The notes under the pieces: generated by a model
Seen by the model: only the letters and a program-made list of their open reading frames with translations
Told to the model about the DNA's origin: nothing
The model's database searches: none
Made by a program: the position numbers and the translations under genes
Shown here: in pieces, positions 12,856 to 26,602 of the stretch
How the letters are laid out: each line of letters opens with the position of its first letter
Numbering within the stretch: the first letter of the stretch is position 1
Origin: Oikopleura dioica
Taxonomy: Eukaryota > Animalia > Chordata
DNA length: 64,000 nucleotides
Assembly (NCBI GenBank): GCA_907165135.1
Contig: OU015568.1
Span: 15,759,208 to 15,823,207 of the forward strand
Reading direction: 5' to 3'

Positions 12856-14468
12856 TTAATAAAATTCAAACTCGACAGGAAAATGATCAGAAACCAGCTC
12901 AGTTATAGGATCGCCGTTGAAAAAGATGGAGTCAGTGTTGTAAAAGGTTTGATAATCGAAAACTTGTCCAGAGCCTGCGACGAAGTTGTTCTCGATCTGC
13001 CCAGAAAGAACAATGTGATCATAGGCGCAAACTGTGCTTTTGACAGTTGTGTCATCATCGAAAGAAATAAGCCACGTGTTGTTTCCGGAAGAAAATAGCG
13101 TCAAATCTTGAGGATCACGGACGTAATCGCAGTCGGCGTTGAAATCGCCAGCGATGACGACATCGTCGAGGGTTGGATGGCGACTTCTAAGATCGTCTTC
13201 GACGTCTTGAAGGTGATTGATTTCATCTTCCGTGACCATGTTCGTCACCCCGCTTTCTGGTTTTAAATGAGCAGAAATGATGCCGACTTTTTGAGTCTGG
13301 AAATCAAGCGCGTTTGGACTAGTGCGCTCCAGAACGAGCACGGTTGGTGGTCGCTCAAACCATGCGGTCGAGGTGTCGTTGAAGTCGTAGCCATCCACCT
13401 TCGAGAACATGTTACGATCCCAAATGAATCCGACTTGTTCCTTGCTTGAAGTTGTTCCTTGGCGCTCTCCAGTGAACCAGTCGTATTTGTCGTCGGCTAC
13501 GTTGATGTCGGTAACGAGACTTGGGAATGCTGTTTCGGAGATGTCTCGGATTTCCTAATCTAGATTTACTTTTGTCAACTTATTTTTGAATATGCCTGGA
13601 TAGTAGCAATATCGTAGCGCTTGAGAATTTCGACGATTTGGTTTTTCACAGGCTCTTTTCCGTATTTTGTGGTTCCGAATACTTGAATGTTGAAGCTCGA
13701 GACTTAAAACTGGGTAAATAAACGGCTTGAAAAAAAACCAAAATACATTTTGTAGCCGGAAGAACCGTCGTTGTTGTCGCCGCGGAAGAAGCAGCAGTCG
13801 ATGTTGTCGCAGCCGAAGTTGTCGCGCTAGAAGATGAAGTTGATGATGCTGGAGCTGTCGTCGTAGTCGGGGCAGCCGGGCAAGAGAGAGTCGCTATATC
13901 AGCATCGGTAATCATTCCACCAAGTTTTCTCGCATTCCAGCCGCAAACCCTTCCGTTCCATCTTGGACAAGCGCAAACTGCAGAAAATTGCTTGAAACTT
14001 CCACTTGAAGTTTGCAACTCCTCGCCGTTCTCACATTGATAGGTGCATTTTTTCTTGTTCATCGAATTGAGATCACATGTCACAGTCACTCCTGCTGGCG
14101 GGGCTGCAAGTTCTGTTTCGCATGTCTCACATATGCTCAGTTGTTTTTTCCAGAAAAAGCTATCTGTTTGGTTCCACCGACATTTTGTTCTTCGCTTGCC
14201 AACAGGAATGAATCCTGAGGAAAAAATCAACGCCAGAGTTTCATTTTAACAAACCTGGATCGCAAACAAGAGCACAAGTTGCTTGATCACAGACCACCTG
14301 TCCATTAGTTGGCGTAATCAGAGGCGGACATAGGGACCAAAGAGCAGCAATTCGCCCCGTTGGAGCTCCCCAGCCACCTTTTTTCTGCTCCAAAGTCCTG
14401 AGAAAATCATCATACTTTGGCTGCTCGTATGTCAAAGCGACAGAAGCGAGAGATGGTAAAAGCTTCAT
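12856..14468 (-). CDS. Secreted DNase I-family nuclease with N-terminal Cys-rich (Sushi/CCP-like) region and Ser/Thr/Ala mucin stalk, ~495 aa
   Basis: Exons 14468-14255, 14214-13747, 13702-13596, 13554-12856 join in frame (last intron GC-AG). DNase I motifs SFNIQVFG, QEIRD, SAHLKP, GDFNADCDYV, DTTV..TVCAYDHIV, VSDHFPVEF. Confidence 0.85.
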
Positions 14469-14899
14469 TCAAAAATATTTTTTCTCTTCTATTCTCCGGT
14501 ATTCGGACAATTTGAGTTATGAGACATGGTCCTTATGCAACCTCGTTCCGAATTGGTTTCGATGTTAAATATCAATGAATTTCAATCGACGGGGAATTGT
14601 CTGCAGAATAAAATTAATCGACATGACGGAACAATTATGTAATCAATAAATTATTAAGGATAACTTGACTTACTCCACGGTTCTTCACAACTGTTAATTC
14701 TAGCTCGATAATTTCACTGCTCTTAAAATTAAAACAACAACACGCAATCAAACCCATTAAATCATGTCTTTACTCTTCAAAAGGAAATCCATATGCGGCA
14801 TATACGATATGCCGCATTCGTTAAAACACTCTACACATAAAGAGTCTTCGAAGGCAAATCATTTTAAATTAGATAAACTTTTATTTGTACAAAAATAAA

Positions 14900-17800
14900 T
14901 CAGCTTGAAAAATAAACAGCAGGAATTCCGTAAATAACAGTGTTGAAAGCTTGACACTCATTCGGTTCAAATGCTGGGCCTTCTGGTTCTGGACTTGGCA
15001 TGTTCTTGCCCTTCTTTGCCGGCTTCTTGACTTCTTTGACCGGCTTCAGAGATGGATTTCGAATGTGGAGAATGCAATCGACAGCAGAGGTGCCTGAGCT
15101 CATTCCATTGACGATTTCCTTCAGTCTCCATTCGTTGGACTCCTGGTCGGAACTCCACTGGTTGAGGATGACAGAAGAGACTCCAGAAAGCGAAAGCAGG
15201 GCAACGGAGTTGAGGTAGCTCTCTGCTTGAATAACGACAGGATCTCGCTCAAGATCCAACTTGTTCTGTTGAATGAATGAAGAGGGCTCTGGACTGCGAT
15301 CAACGAGGAAAACGGTGTTGAGATTGCTCAAATCGAGTGCAGCGATTCGCGAGGGCGGGATCGAAGAGAAAAATCTTTCGCGTCCACAGTAAACGAGTCC
15401 ATTCGACGCTGCCATGAACGACTCAATCTCGCCAATCGAGAGGCCTGACTTTTCTTTCCAGTTCTGTCGCATTTTCGTAACTGAGTCGGCGCATCTTCCA
15501 GGCGTTGCAAGACAAACCGTGTTTCCAAGCGAAGTCATGTTCGAATTTGGGGCAGCTTTTGACTTCTGGTCTTTTTCTTCTCGAAGAGCCAGTCTATTGA
15601 GGAAGATTTGAAGAGAGAAGTCTCGCGAAATTGGGCGATCAGCAAGCTCGGGAATCAACTCCAGCGGTGTGTCCAGAAGATGGAAGTCGGCAATGAGAAT
15701 GAATGGCTGATCTCGTGGAATCTCGGACATGTCGCCTTCAAGTTGAGCCGTGATGTTTTTCAGGTACTTGATGAGCTTATCTCGTGCATTGGTGACCTCT
15801 ACTTCTTCATCTTCATCTTCGTCATCCTCGTCATCGTCTTTCTTTTCATCTTCGGCCTTTTTCTCTTCTGCGGGAGCGGATGCGTCGGCAGGTTTGTCTG
15901 ATGAATTTTCCTCTTCTGGCTTTTGGTTGTATTCTTTCTTCAAAAAATCGGAGAGAAGATTCTGTCGAATATCTTGAACTTCGTCTTGGAGGCTCTTCAG
16001 ATCGGCCAAGTTCGCCCTTGCTCGAACGACTCGAACATCTTTAGTGTTTGCGTTGAAGAGACCAGCATAGATAAATCCATCGGCATGTTGGAGAATCAGA
16101 CATGAATAAGGCATCTTTTCAATCGGAGAAATTTGGAATAATTTCGAGTTTCTCCACGACTGGAAGTTGTCGATCGATGACCAGAGTGTTCCATTCATGT
16201 CGCTGTCGCCATAGATTTGAGAAAAGAGCAGTCGAATGCAATACGCAAGACGAGAAGCATTAGGAGCATTGCAAGCTTGAGAAAGCAGTCGCTGGCAGAA
16301 TTTCGAAGTCTGGGCGCCTTGGAGTTGAGCGAGGACAGTAAATGCGAACTGTTCGTCGGTGGATCCAATCGAATTCAACATCGACTGGCCGGCTTCTATT
16401 TGCACTTCGACATCTTCTGGGCACAATGCACTTGCATTCATGATATATTGAGCGGTTTCCACTTGCCAAATGTGGCTGAGCTTGGTCTTTTTCCAAAAGC
16501 TTTCGATTTTGACTGGATCAGACATTGCGCGTGGCACATCATCGTAATCTTCGGAATTCGCTTCTGACAAGTTCGTTTCAGACTCTTCTTCAATCGGCGC
16601 GTCCATCACAGGGCGAGGTCTTTCTTGCGCTTTTCCGAGATTAGTTCGGCTCACATTCAAAGTAGAAAATACGGAACGCGAGTTCATGATCGACGGGCGC
16701 ATCATTGAGAAATCACCGTCTTCGTCGTCGTCAACTTCGTAAGCAGCTGCCTTCAGGTTTATCTCGTAAGGATTCCAGACTGAGTTCTTTCTCGTGTTAG
16801 CGAACATGTCATTCGTAATCCAGAAATCGTCGGACCAAGGATTGAACTCAACGTTGCCAATGTCACTTGGAAGATTCGCCATGTAGAGGGACGCACGAGC
16901 TCGCAACTTTTTGCTGACATCTTCGTTTGAGCATAATGAGAAAAGAATGTTTAGTGCTGCCTGAGAACTTGCGAGTTCCAGTTGTTTCCACTCAAGCGCA
17001 AAGCCTTCCAAATTTTTGTACTCTTTGACGTATTCTTCGATTCTCTTTTCGACATCGGATAGTCCTTCGAAATTCGCGGCTTCTTGCATCTTATCTCTGT
17101 AAGCTGAGCTGGCCACATTGGCAAGTAAAAGAGCAAGCGTGAGTTGTAAATTAGCGACGACGGCGTTGCGAGAATCAGCAGTTTCCAAGATTTTGATCGC
17201 TTTTGATAGGTGTGAAACCATGTAAAGAACGTCTTTTTGTCTTGATCTTGAAGTCCGTCGATGGAGTTATTGAGCAAACTGACGCGCTTTATGAAGATAT
17301 TTCCATGCTCAAGAACGACGGTGCCATATTTTTCGCCGGTCCAAATTGTTTCAACATATTTGAGCAAGTCGATGATTTCGCGAATTCGTGAATTGCATGA
17401 GCTCGGAACTGCAGACAAGAACATCGCCTCGTGAAATGCAATTTCGGCAAGATGAGTGTCGATCAGATACCCTTGGCTTTGCTGCTCTCGTAGCTTCATG
17501 CGGAACTGCTCGAATAGACTTTCTGCTTTCTGTTCGGGACGAGTTTGACCGGAACCCATAATCGCGGCGACCATAAGCTCACATTGTTTCGGCCAAAATG
17601 CGATCGGAACCTTTGAGGATGTTTTCAGCGCTTTTTCGAGACAGTAAAGTGCGTCTGATATTCTGTGCTTGTTTTCGTAAAGCTTGAGCATGATCGCCCC
17701 ACGTAATTGGTAAAATCGCGATTCGAAGCCATCGTTTCTCGCCCTACTGGCACAGATGCACAAGCCGCTGTCGCAAATGTTGAGCGCAGAATCCATGAAG

Positions 17801-20800
17801 CCACATTTGAGCATAAGTTCAGCTGAGATAAGCCACGAGTCAAGAGGGATGTTCTCTTCTACAGTTTCGTTAACTGGGATGGGCACGCGCTCGATAAGAC
17901 GTTTTTCCAGCTCGATCTTGCGCTCTTGGTTGCCTTGAACCCCGAGCGAGAGCGACATGAGCACGCTGATGGTCGTCCAAGTGTACTCGTTCTTCATTTC
18001 TGCGAGAGTTCCAAGCAAAACTGCGCAGTCTTCAGCATCGCTGAGCATTCCATTTTCCACGTTTTTCGTGTACAAAAAGTAAAGCGCAGTGCAGAATGTT
18101 CGAACATTTGAAATCTCCTCGAGCTCCACCTGCTTAATGAGTTCAAACTGAGGACTTTTCGGAGGCGGTGTCGCATCATCTTTCTTGCCTTTCTTTTTAT
18201 TCTGCGTTAATGACGGTGCAGGTTCTGGTATGACGATTTCGCGTTGTACGTCCGTAAGCAACTCTTGAATGGAATCTTTGACAAGGTCGAGGATCTTCCT
18301 TTGGCTTAAATTTTGCTTCTCCATTTCCGAATTGACAGTTTTGAACTGGCTCAGCTTGCACATCGCGGCAAGTGCCCGAATGTTGATTTCAGCGCTGCCC
18401 TTGGCCTGTGTCAAGGTCTTGAATGATTCGACGTATCTCTCGTTTCGCTCTTCAATCGTCGCTCGCTCGAGTAGCAACTCGGCAATGTGCGATTCCACAC
18501 GCATCGTGCGGGCATGTTTAATTGCGTTATTCAGACTGGAAAGTGCTTGAATTTCTTTGCTGAGCTTGATCTGCGACTGAGAGTAGTGCCGCCAGTTGGC
18601 GGAAATGAACTCGTCTTCGTCACCTCCGATTCTGTTGATATCATGCGTTGGGTCCATATCAAGTTGAGCCTTGCACTCGAGTCTTGTAAGATGAAGCACT
18701 TGTCGCTGTTGAATCTTCGGCATTGACTGCAGAACCGTGTCTAGTTCTCTCAGAGCGGCGCTGTAGTTTTCAATATCCATGTAGCTCTTGACGACGATCC
18801 AGTACAGCCGAGCTCTAACTTCTGCGTTGCCTTTATCTCTTGGTCGTTTTGAAATCGCTGCGATGAGCTGTTTCGCTTGTTTCGCTAGCATCGCACGGCC
18901 CTTGATCTCATTTGCCAAACGCCGACTTGCATTCCACCACAAATTCGCTGCCGCCAAGGCTAAATCTTCCGATAGTTCAGCGGCGAGGACGAATTCGCGC
19001 TGAATCTGCTCTAGATCGCCTTCTTCATTTTCGATTACTTGTCCAAGCAGTAGATGGCAGAATGCAACTTCTCTGCTGCATGTTTCTCGATCACTGCCGG
19101 TCAGCTTCGAAAATAAGTCCAGGCTCGCTTCGCAGGATTGTCTTGCCAATGGAATAAGTTCTTGTGCACCACTCAAACACATCGTCGCGAGGAAGCGATA
19201 AGCCATTATGATGAAGGGAACATGTCCAGTTAATTGAAGTTCTTCATTTCTTGTTTTGTCGATCAGCTCGGCTAGATCAGCAAGACTTATCGCAGCAGAG
19301 CTCTGCGAATTGTAATGAAGATCCAAGTTGAGCCAGACATAAACCAGCAGGTTTTCTTGCTTCAAGCTGGGCAGCGAACCAATCTTGAGCGTCGACGAGT
19401 TTATCTGCTCCTTGTTGATTTCAGAAATTTCCAACCGCAACTTGAGCCAATTTCGCGCCAGTTCTAGCAGTGATTTCGCGTCAAGCGTGAATTGCCGTGT
19501 CGCTTCGATCGCTTTCTCGCTAATTTGCAAGCATTCTTGCAACTGAGCCAGACGAATTGCGAGTGGAGAGTCAGATGCTTGTTTCTCCACTTTTGTTTTT
19601 CTTGATTTCGATGCTTTCGAAGCGCGACTATCATTACTGACTTCGCCGAGCGAGTTGTTTGTGCTCAGAGGTGGCGCATTAACTGAAGAAGGCGGTTGGC
19701 TCAACGAAAGGACTGTCGCTGTTCTGACCAAGAGATTCGGCTCCAATGACGGTTGTTTCAAAAAGATCGTATAAATGGGCATCAGCATTTTCTGAATGTG
19801 TTTCAACTGGCCGGTGACTCGAAGTTTCTGCGCGTAGTTCCAGAGGTAGACGGCAGCGTTATGCACCATGTAAGTGTAGTTGAGCTCTGATGCCAAATCC
19901 AAGCAGTCCGTCATTAGAGAGCAGATGAAGTCTGAGATGTTCAGCTGTATCTCCTGGATTTCCGGATCTTCGTGAGCTGGATTCGGTGCGAAGATGTCTG
20001 ATCCTTCTGATCGCAGGAGTTGGACCCAAGCTTCAGCTTCCAGAAGCATCGATTCACAGCAAATTCTGCCAATGGCAAGTTCCGACTCGCTGTACGGTGC
20101 TTCTGTCTCTTCGGCAGTGACGCTAATCTTTGCCGAAGAAAGTGCCTGCCGGTTCAACATCTTAGATGTTTCCGGCTTCAGGGAAGTTTTCTTCCCTGCC
20201 ACACCCGCCGATGGGCGGATGCTTCCTGCCTGGCTGAGAATTCCAGAGCGCGTAGACTGCAGTTCTACGTCCTCCAAGTCAGCTTCGTCAGCGCGGCGTA
20301 GCCCCTCGCGGAAAAAGGCGATCTGACGGCCCATAGTGCGGAGCATATGCCAGCGATTGTATTTTCTGGCAATCTTCATCGCTTTGAACCAGATTTCAGC
20401 GACAGTTAGCTCATCATCGTATTTTACAGTTGTAGGAATAAGTTCCAGGGCAGCAAAGTAGTCAACTTCTTCGTCGACAACAAATGGCTTTTATGGATAA
20501 ATATTAGTCATATTGGCAATGTAAAATCTGAAAATTTTTATCTTCAAAGTCTAATCAATCCATTCCTGAAGCTTTTTCTGGCCATTGTAACGTTCCATAA
20601 ATTGCGAGGACAACAGACGCCCTGTCTGCACCAAGATAGGGTTGATTTTGTTCACCGGTGCGATACTTGCTTCTTGGACGAGCTTGCCTGCCTGTTCGAG
20701 CTGATTTTCAGGACGATTGTAAGGATTCACAGCAGCAGATATCATTCGCGCTTCTTGATGCATCTTCTGTTTCATGACTTCATCGTTGCAAAGGCTGACG

Positions 20801-22191
20801 GCGTGGATCAGATGCCTTGAAGCTGCAGTAAGATTTTCTTTGCTAAGCGCAAGTCGACTCAGTTCGCGGCAACACTTGTATGCATTTTCATTCATCGGAT
20901 CGTGACTGACAATCATGTTAAGTGCGCCAATGACGTATTTGTCGAGCTCGTTCAATTTCAACTGTGGCTCCAAGAGGGGAAGAAGCTGGTTCCAAAGCAT
21001 GGAGGCAGCGATTCGAATTAATCGCTTCGTGGTCGCAACTTCAAGGACGCTCGTGATTCGGATTATGTTCTTGATTCTCTCATCCACCGACTTTTTCGTG
21101 TATTGCTGGGCGTATTTCTTCTTGATCGCAGCTGCTCTGGCACAAACTTGAAGGCAAATCATTTCGTTGTAGAGTTCAGTCTCCGTTGGCATGATTTCCT
21201 TCTCAATTTGTTTCAGAGCGCTCTCTGCTTGAGCTAGTTGACCGGACGAAATAAAGTGGTGGATTATCTCGAGGATGAGTTGAGGACAGTTTTCACCGCG
21301 CGGTCGAGAAAGCTCTTTCTTGAGATAGGCTTCGAAACGTCTTGGATCGCGCTTGAATGTGGCAAGACGATAAACGCCGACGAGAAATTTTGATTTTTCT
21401 TTCAGAAGTTCCACAATTTTTTCGTCAGCAGTGACCGTTACCTCAGCAGCGAGTCTTGTCGTGACTAAAAAAATTTTATCATTTTTTTCTAGAACAAAAT
21501 TGTTTACTGGTCAATTTTTCAAAAATTCGGTCAAAATTGGTCAAAATCTAAGATTCAAATTTTCACTTACAATCGTCGGTGATAACGGAGGGTCCATGCT
21601 TAGTGTCCATTAAAAATTCTACAGCTTCTTTCTTTCGTCCAGCAGATTTCAAGTAGATGATCGTTTTTATCATAAACTCCTTTCTGAAGATTTCCCCAAT
21701 CTGAGCCAAGTTTTTTCCACGCTGCGCCACGATTTTGACCATCAGTTCGCCCAAAGCCTGGTTTGGCTTCATTTGAAACACTTTCTTTTTGAAAGGATGA
21801 TAATTTTAAAAGCATTTTGCATTATACGAGGTGGTGGTTTAGAAAATTTATAAATTATTTGAACGATAAATTCATCGTCATCCCTGCCTTGATGATATTT
21901 CTATTGAGAGTATCGTCTGTGTCTGAAAGAGCCTCGTTGAAGCACCGAACTGCATCTTGAAACCGTCCATCATGCAGAGCAAATTTACCGCGAATATATC
22001 TTAGCTTGGGAGTCGGATTCGTTTCGTGCTCAAGGTTGAGCAAGACCTTATTCGCATTTATATAAAAATCAGAAAACCCCGGTACTTACCCTCTTTGCGT
22101 TTTCGTAGTCTCCTTCTTCGAATTTGCCAATCGCATAATTGACAAACTGATCCACGAGGGCCTTCTTTTCCTTCAACTTGGCTGCTTGCAT
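14900..22191 (-). CDS. CFAP46: Cilia- and flagella-associated protein 46 (TTC40)-like
   Basis: Very long helical/TPR-like protein; VHNAAVYLWNY, C-terminal LLSLSGVSSVILNQW and FNTVIYGIP resemble CFAP46. One -1 shift in the T5 run at 17234-17238. Start position approximate. Confidence 0.7.
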
Positions 22192-22535
22192 CAGCGCGCT
22201 TTCTGTCAGACTGATTCCTTTCTCTCAAAACATCAACCCTTTTTCTCGCGTTCTAGAGAATTTTCGCAAAAAAAAATTTCCCCAATTTTATTTTTTCTTC
22301 CCTGGGCGCGATCGTTGCCATGACAACAACGAAGAGAACTTTTTTTTTCTTCATCAGTTTCATGCTTTCGTGATTCCTGCTTTGTCAATCATAATTCATA
22401 AAGAAATAGAACTTTTATCTTTTATAACGATTTGATTAAACCGACACAAAAGTATCTCGATTAAGAGTTGATTGCAACGTTTTATTGAAGATATTCTGTA
22501 AGAGTAATGGAAGCAGCTACAGTAGATTAAATAAA

Positions 22536-23962
22536 TTATTTTTCCTTCTTTTTGAGTCCTTGCGAAGACTTTTTGGTTTCGAACGCGTTGAGAATGAAGC
22601 TAACACCAATGTTGAGGATGACCAAGACGAGAGCGACCACAATGAAGGCTTCAATCAGAAGTTTAATTAACAGCTCGAGACGATTGCCTACCTGTGAATG
22701 AAGAAGCGGCGAAAGAGACGAGCCAATTTAGAACTGGAAGCATCACAATGAAAAACCAAATAGCCGTTGTATAAAGCGGCTCAATGGGCAACGACTTGGA
22801 GCGCAACTTCATCGGCTCCGAATAGAACTGCGACGATGGCAAACTGTACTCGCTAGGTTGCCGGCCAATATTGCTACCTTCGCTAAGCATTTTGTCGAAT
22901 AAAAGATCCTTGAATGAGTTTAACGCTAATGAGCTTTAGTTGAAAGTTACCTTTTCTTCGAACAAATCGAACAAGTACTTTTTGCATTCTGATTCTTCAG
23001 TAGGAATTGAGTCGAGCTCCATTCTAGTGGCACAGACTGACATTTTGAAAGGTTTTCCACGGAGAAGTTCTCCGACTGTCACATCTTTATCGCCACCAAG
23101 GACTGTTCGGAGATTCATACAAGTCCGAAAAGGGAAAATTTTGATGGAAGTCATTTTTGAATCTTGAATCCGTTCCTACTGTGCAGTCATAAACAGCCTT
23201 GACATTTGAACTGTGGAGTGAAGTGATTGACTCGTGGAAGCCCTTTGGCCTTGGCAGCAGCAAGTGTTTCAATGTTTTGTGCCCTCGTTCTTTTGCAAAC
23301 TCCATGGATTGAGCGTGTTTTTCTTTCGTAAATCGAGTGCCTTCTGGATACAGAAGAAGCCAAACTGGAATCGAATATTCTGAGCAAAAACTATTCAATA
23401 AAAAATTTCGGCGATTTGCTCACCTCTCAAATGTTCCATTGACTTTCGAATCTTCGACAAATCTTGGCCCGTTTTGCTTCTTGACAAGAAAACAAACTCA
23501 TTGAACCACATCGACCAGCCGAGAATCGGAAATTTAGCGACAACAGCTTTCACAAACGCTTTGCACTGCCCGAGCATACCGTAGTACTCGGCAATGACCC
23601 AGTCGAGAAGCCAATCATGAGTGTACCGATGGTTGGCAATGCAGATTACAGATTCATGCGAACTAAAACACATGTTTCCTTTTCAAAACTTGCCTTTTTC
23701 TACCTGAATTTTTCTAGCGAATCGGATGTGTAAATATTTATCTCTCCTTTACACCAATGGAGGGGATAAAAACAGCTATTCTCCACCAACATTGCGAAAT
23801 CAGCTTGCTACATCTTCTGTACAAATTTTTCGAAAGAAACCAAACAGGGAAGATAGCGAGCCACGCAACATTTGCCACAATGCCAGATAACAAAAAAGTG
23901 AAGAATATGATCAGTGCAAAAAGCGAGGAGCGGATGTTTTCCAACATTCCATCATTGGCCAT
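22536..23962 (-). CDS. 1-acylglycerol-3-phosphate acyltransferase (AGPAT3/4-like)
   Basis: NHRYTHDW (HX4D), YPEGTRFT, LLPRPKGF, VYDCT; C-terminal dilysine ER motif KKKEK*. Confidence 0.88.
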
Positions 23963-24809
23963 TCTTTCTTGGGGAAGGGGAGGATCTTTTGGAATGAGCG
24001 AGGAGCTGAAGAAAAGAAGACGTTTTCTCGAGTAACAACTTTTGTAAAAATGAAGAACGGATATCGTACGAACCACAGAGGCCTCTTAGACCCAATAAAG
24101 CATCATCAATTCGCCTGTCTAAATAAAAATCACGCTATGGCGTACTACGCCCACGAGTTTTCCGCGATTAACAGAATACACACAGAATACACTCCTTTGA
24201 AAGACTCTTACTTCTTATAAGCCAGTTCTCTTAAAAAACGTAAGGATGCAACTCTTTTCCTTGGCTTCAAACTAATCAATGAACGCGGCTTTAGCTAGAC
24301 ATCACATGATACACAAGCCATAAAGACTTTAAGACATTGAGTGAGGTCAAAGACGTTGAGACGTATTTTGAGCTAAAGCAGACAAACTCCGCAGAAGTCT
24401 GCTAGAGCTCAAACATAAAATCCGAAGTTCGAATTTTCAACTTTTTCTTTTCGCCCGCCAGACAGGGAGTTTATTTATTACTACACAGAAAATGATGATT
24501 TCTGCAGACTTGTCTCGGGCAGAATTACCGCACAGAAAGAATGGGTACCATAAACTTAGAACTTTTGCAGTTTAAAAGTTTGAACTTATGGATTGGATGA
24601 ATCTACAAGTTCGGAATTTCGATTAGCCTAGAAATGAACCCAGGTAAGAAACAAAGATGCTCTTACCTGGGCCGCCTGCTATCTAAAAGGATATTCAGAA
24701 TAGAAATGATTTACAGGCATTTATCGTTAGACGGATTTGATATTTTCTCAAGAGGGGTTGGTGTTTTAGGTCGTAGATTTGTCTAATTTCTTGCGTGCTC
24801 GGTTTGTTT

Positions 24810-26602
24810 TTACTGTCGCCACTGCGATCTTCTCTCGCCTAAAAATCGTTAAATAAATTAGGAGGGTCTCTTCCTTACCATTGTTCTTTCCCTTGCCCTT
24901 GTTATCTCTCATCGCCCACTGTGGAACATCCGATCCTTTCTCCTTGCCCATTCGTCTATCGATAAAGGTACTGAGAAGCGAAGTTCTGAACTGCAGATGC
25001 TTGGTCTTCTCAATAACTTGCTGGTGCGCATTCGTGGCGTGATCAGACATGACCACGTGGCCTCGCTTGGTGTCGATTTTCGCGTCCAAACGGGCGTTTC
25101 TGATCAAGTTGACGATCCATCGCTCGGCTTCCTTTTCGTTCATATTGAGCTTCTCCGCCAATCGAGAGATGCTGATAAGAAAATGAAGTTTCTGGTTGCA
25201 TAATTGCCAATTCTTGCCAATTATTAATTGGCGTAATTTACCTGATACACTGATGAATTCGACAGAAAGTTTCGAAGATAATTTGTCTTGCGTTTTCGAT
25301 GAACTCTGAACAAAATTTCGTAACAAATCAAGAATTTCACGGATCAAGAACCTTTGGTGTAGTTTCTCAAGAAGAAGTCATTCTCCAAGACCTTTTCGCA
25401 CTCCTCCAAGTACACTTGAGCTTTCTGGAAGTCAAATTTGACGTACAAACTTGAAAAAGTATAATTCAAATCTTGAGTTCAATAACTTTTACCAAAGAAT
25501 AAACTCAGTGATGGGATCTTTGTAGGCATATTCTTCTTGTTCGATGATCTTGACGAGGTCACGTTCGATTGTCTTTCGCTTTCGAGAGTTGATTGAGAGG
25601 ACAACAGCTGCAGTGAGGTATCTGAACGATTAAGTCAATCAAAGTAGGAAAGGAGGGTCGGATCTACCGAAGAAGCCAAGGAGCCATGGTCTGGATAGCG
25701 TGAGTATAGTCAGCGTTGTGAAGGAAGAGCTCGATAAGAAGTTCTTTGCCACGGGAGAGGCCGTTGAAGAAGATGAAAAGCGACCAGTGAAGAAGCCATG
25801 TTCGCTGCTGGAGGAGCTGAAGAGCAGAGGGGCCTCCTTCGCGACCAGATGTCTGGTCAATGTTGTCACGGAGCTAAAAATGACAGCTGTTTTAGATCGA
25901 CCGATTTGGTGAGAGTTTACCTGGATCATAGCTTCGTGGGCGACTTCGAACTGCTCAGAGCAGATAGCGGCGGCTAGTCGACCCCAGACAGCGTCCAACG
26001 AGTGGCTGTGGTTCTGAGGAGCGAGCTGAATGAATCGACCGAGCCATTCCAGCGCGAGCTCGTAGTTGCCAATGTCGTAGTTGAACTTGGCGTACTTGTA
26101 GATGTCGTCGACGATGGACTCCTCGTATCCATGGGTGGAGATAAGAAGCTCAAGCACTTGAGAAGACGCTCGCATAGTGCGAGTTTGAGCTTGGAAATCA
26201 GGATCAGAGAACAAGTCGGTGAGTTTTTCGAAAAACTCGGATTGAGTGCGCAATTCCTTGATGACTTCGTCCTTTTGGGCATCGTATTTGTCGGTGCTGT
26301 CGCCTATCTCTTCTCGCACTTCTTTCAAATAATCAATCATCTTGGTGTTCTTCTCCAAAAGATCGGCCTTGGCGCGCATAATCGATGTTCGATCGAAGAT
26401 AGCGATTGTGCCACTTATCAAGTGATAACAAAGATGTGTTTATGTTTATTGTAAGATAGATAATTATGAATGAAGATTTGAATCCACGATTCCTGGAATG
26501 AGATTCCAGCATCATCAAAAGCATATGGGGATCAAGAGATCGCCCCAACTTGGACGTCAAATCATGTTGAAGGGCGATGCTATCGTCCGAACCGCCAGCC
26601 AT
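24810..26602 (-). CDS. EIF3E: Translation initiation factor 3 subunit E (INT6)
   Basis: HDLTSKLGRSLDPH, YKYAKFNYDIGNY, WGRLAA, EAERWIVNLIRNARLDAKID (PCI domain); first intron appears GA-AG (26414-26492). Confidence 0.93.

Noticed and set aside
16951-17221. Overlapping ORFs suggesting two genes or programmed frameshifting
   Set aside because: One added A joins them into a single CFAP46; no slippery heptamer or stimulatory structure seen.
24662-24671. U1 snRNA 5' end-like CTTACCTGG
   Set aside because: No U1 body follows; it is the reverse complement of a splice donor.
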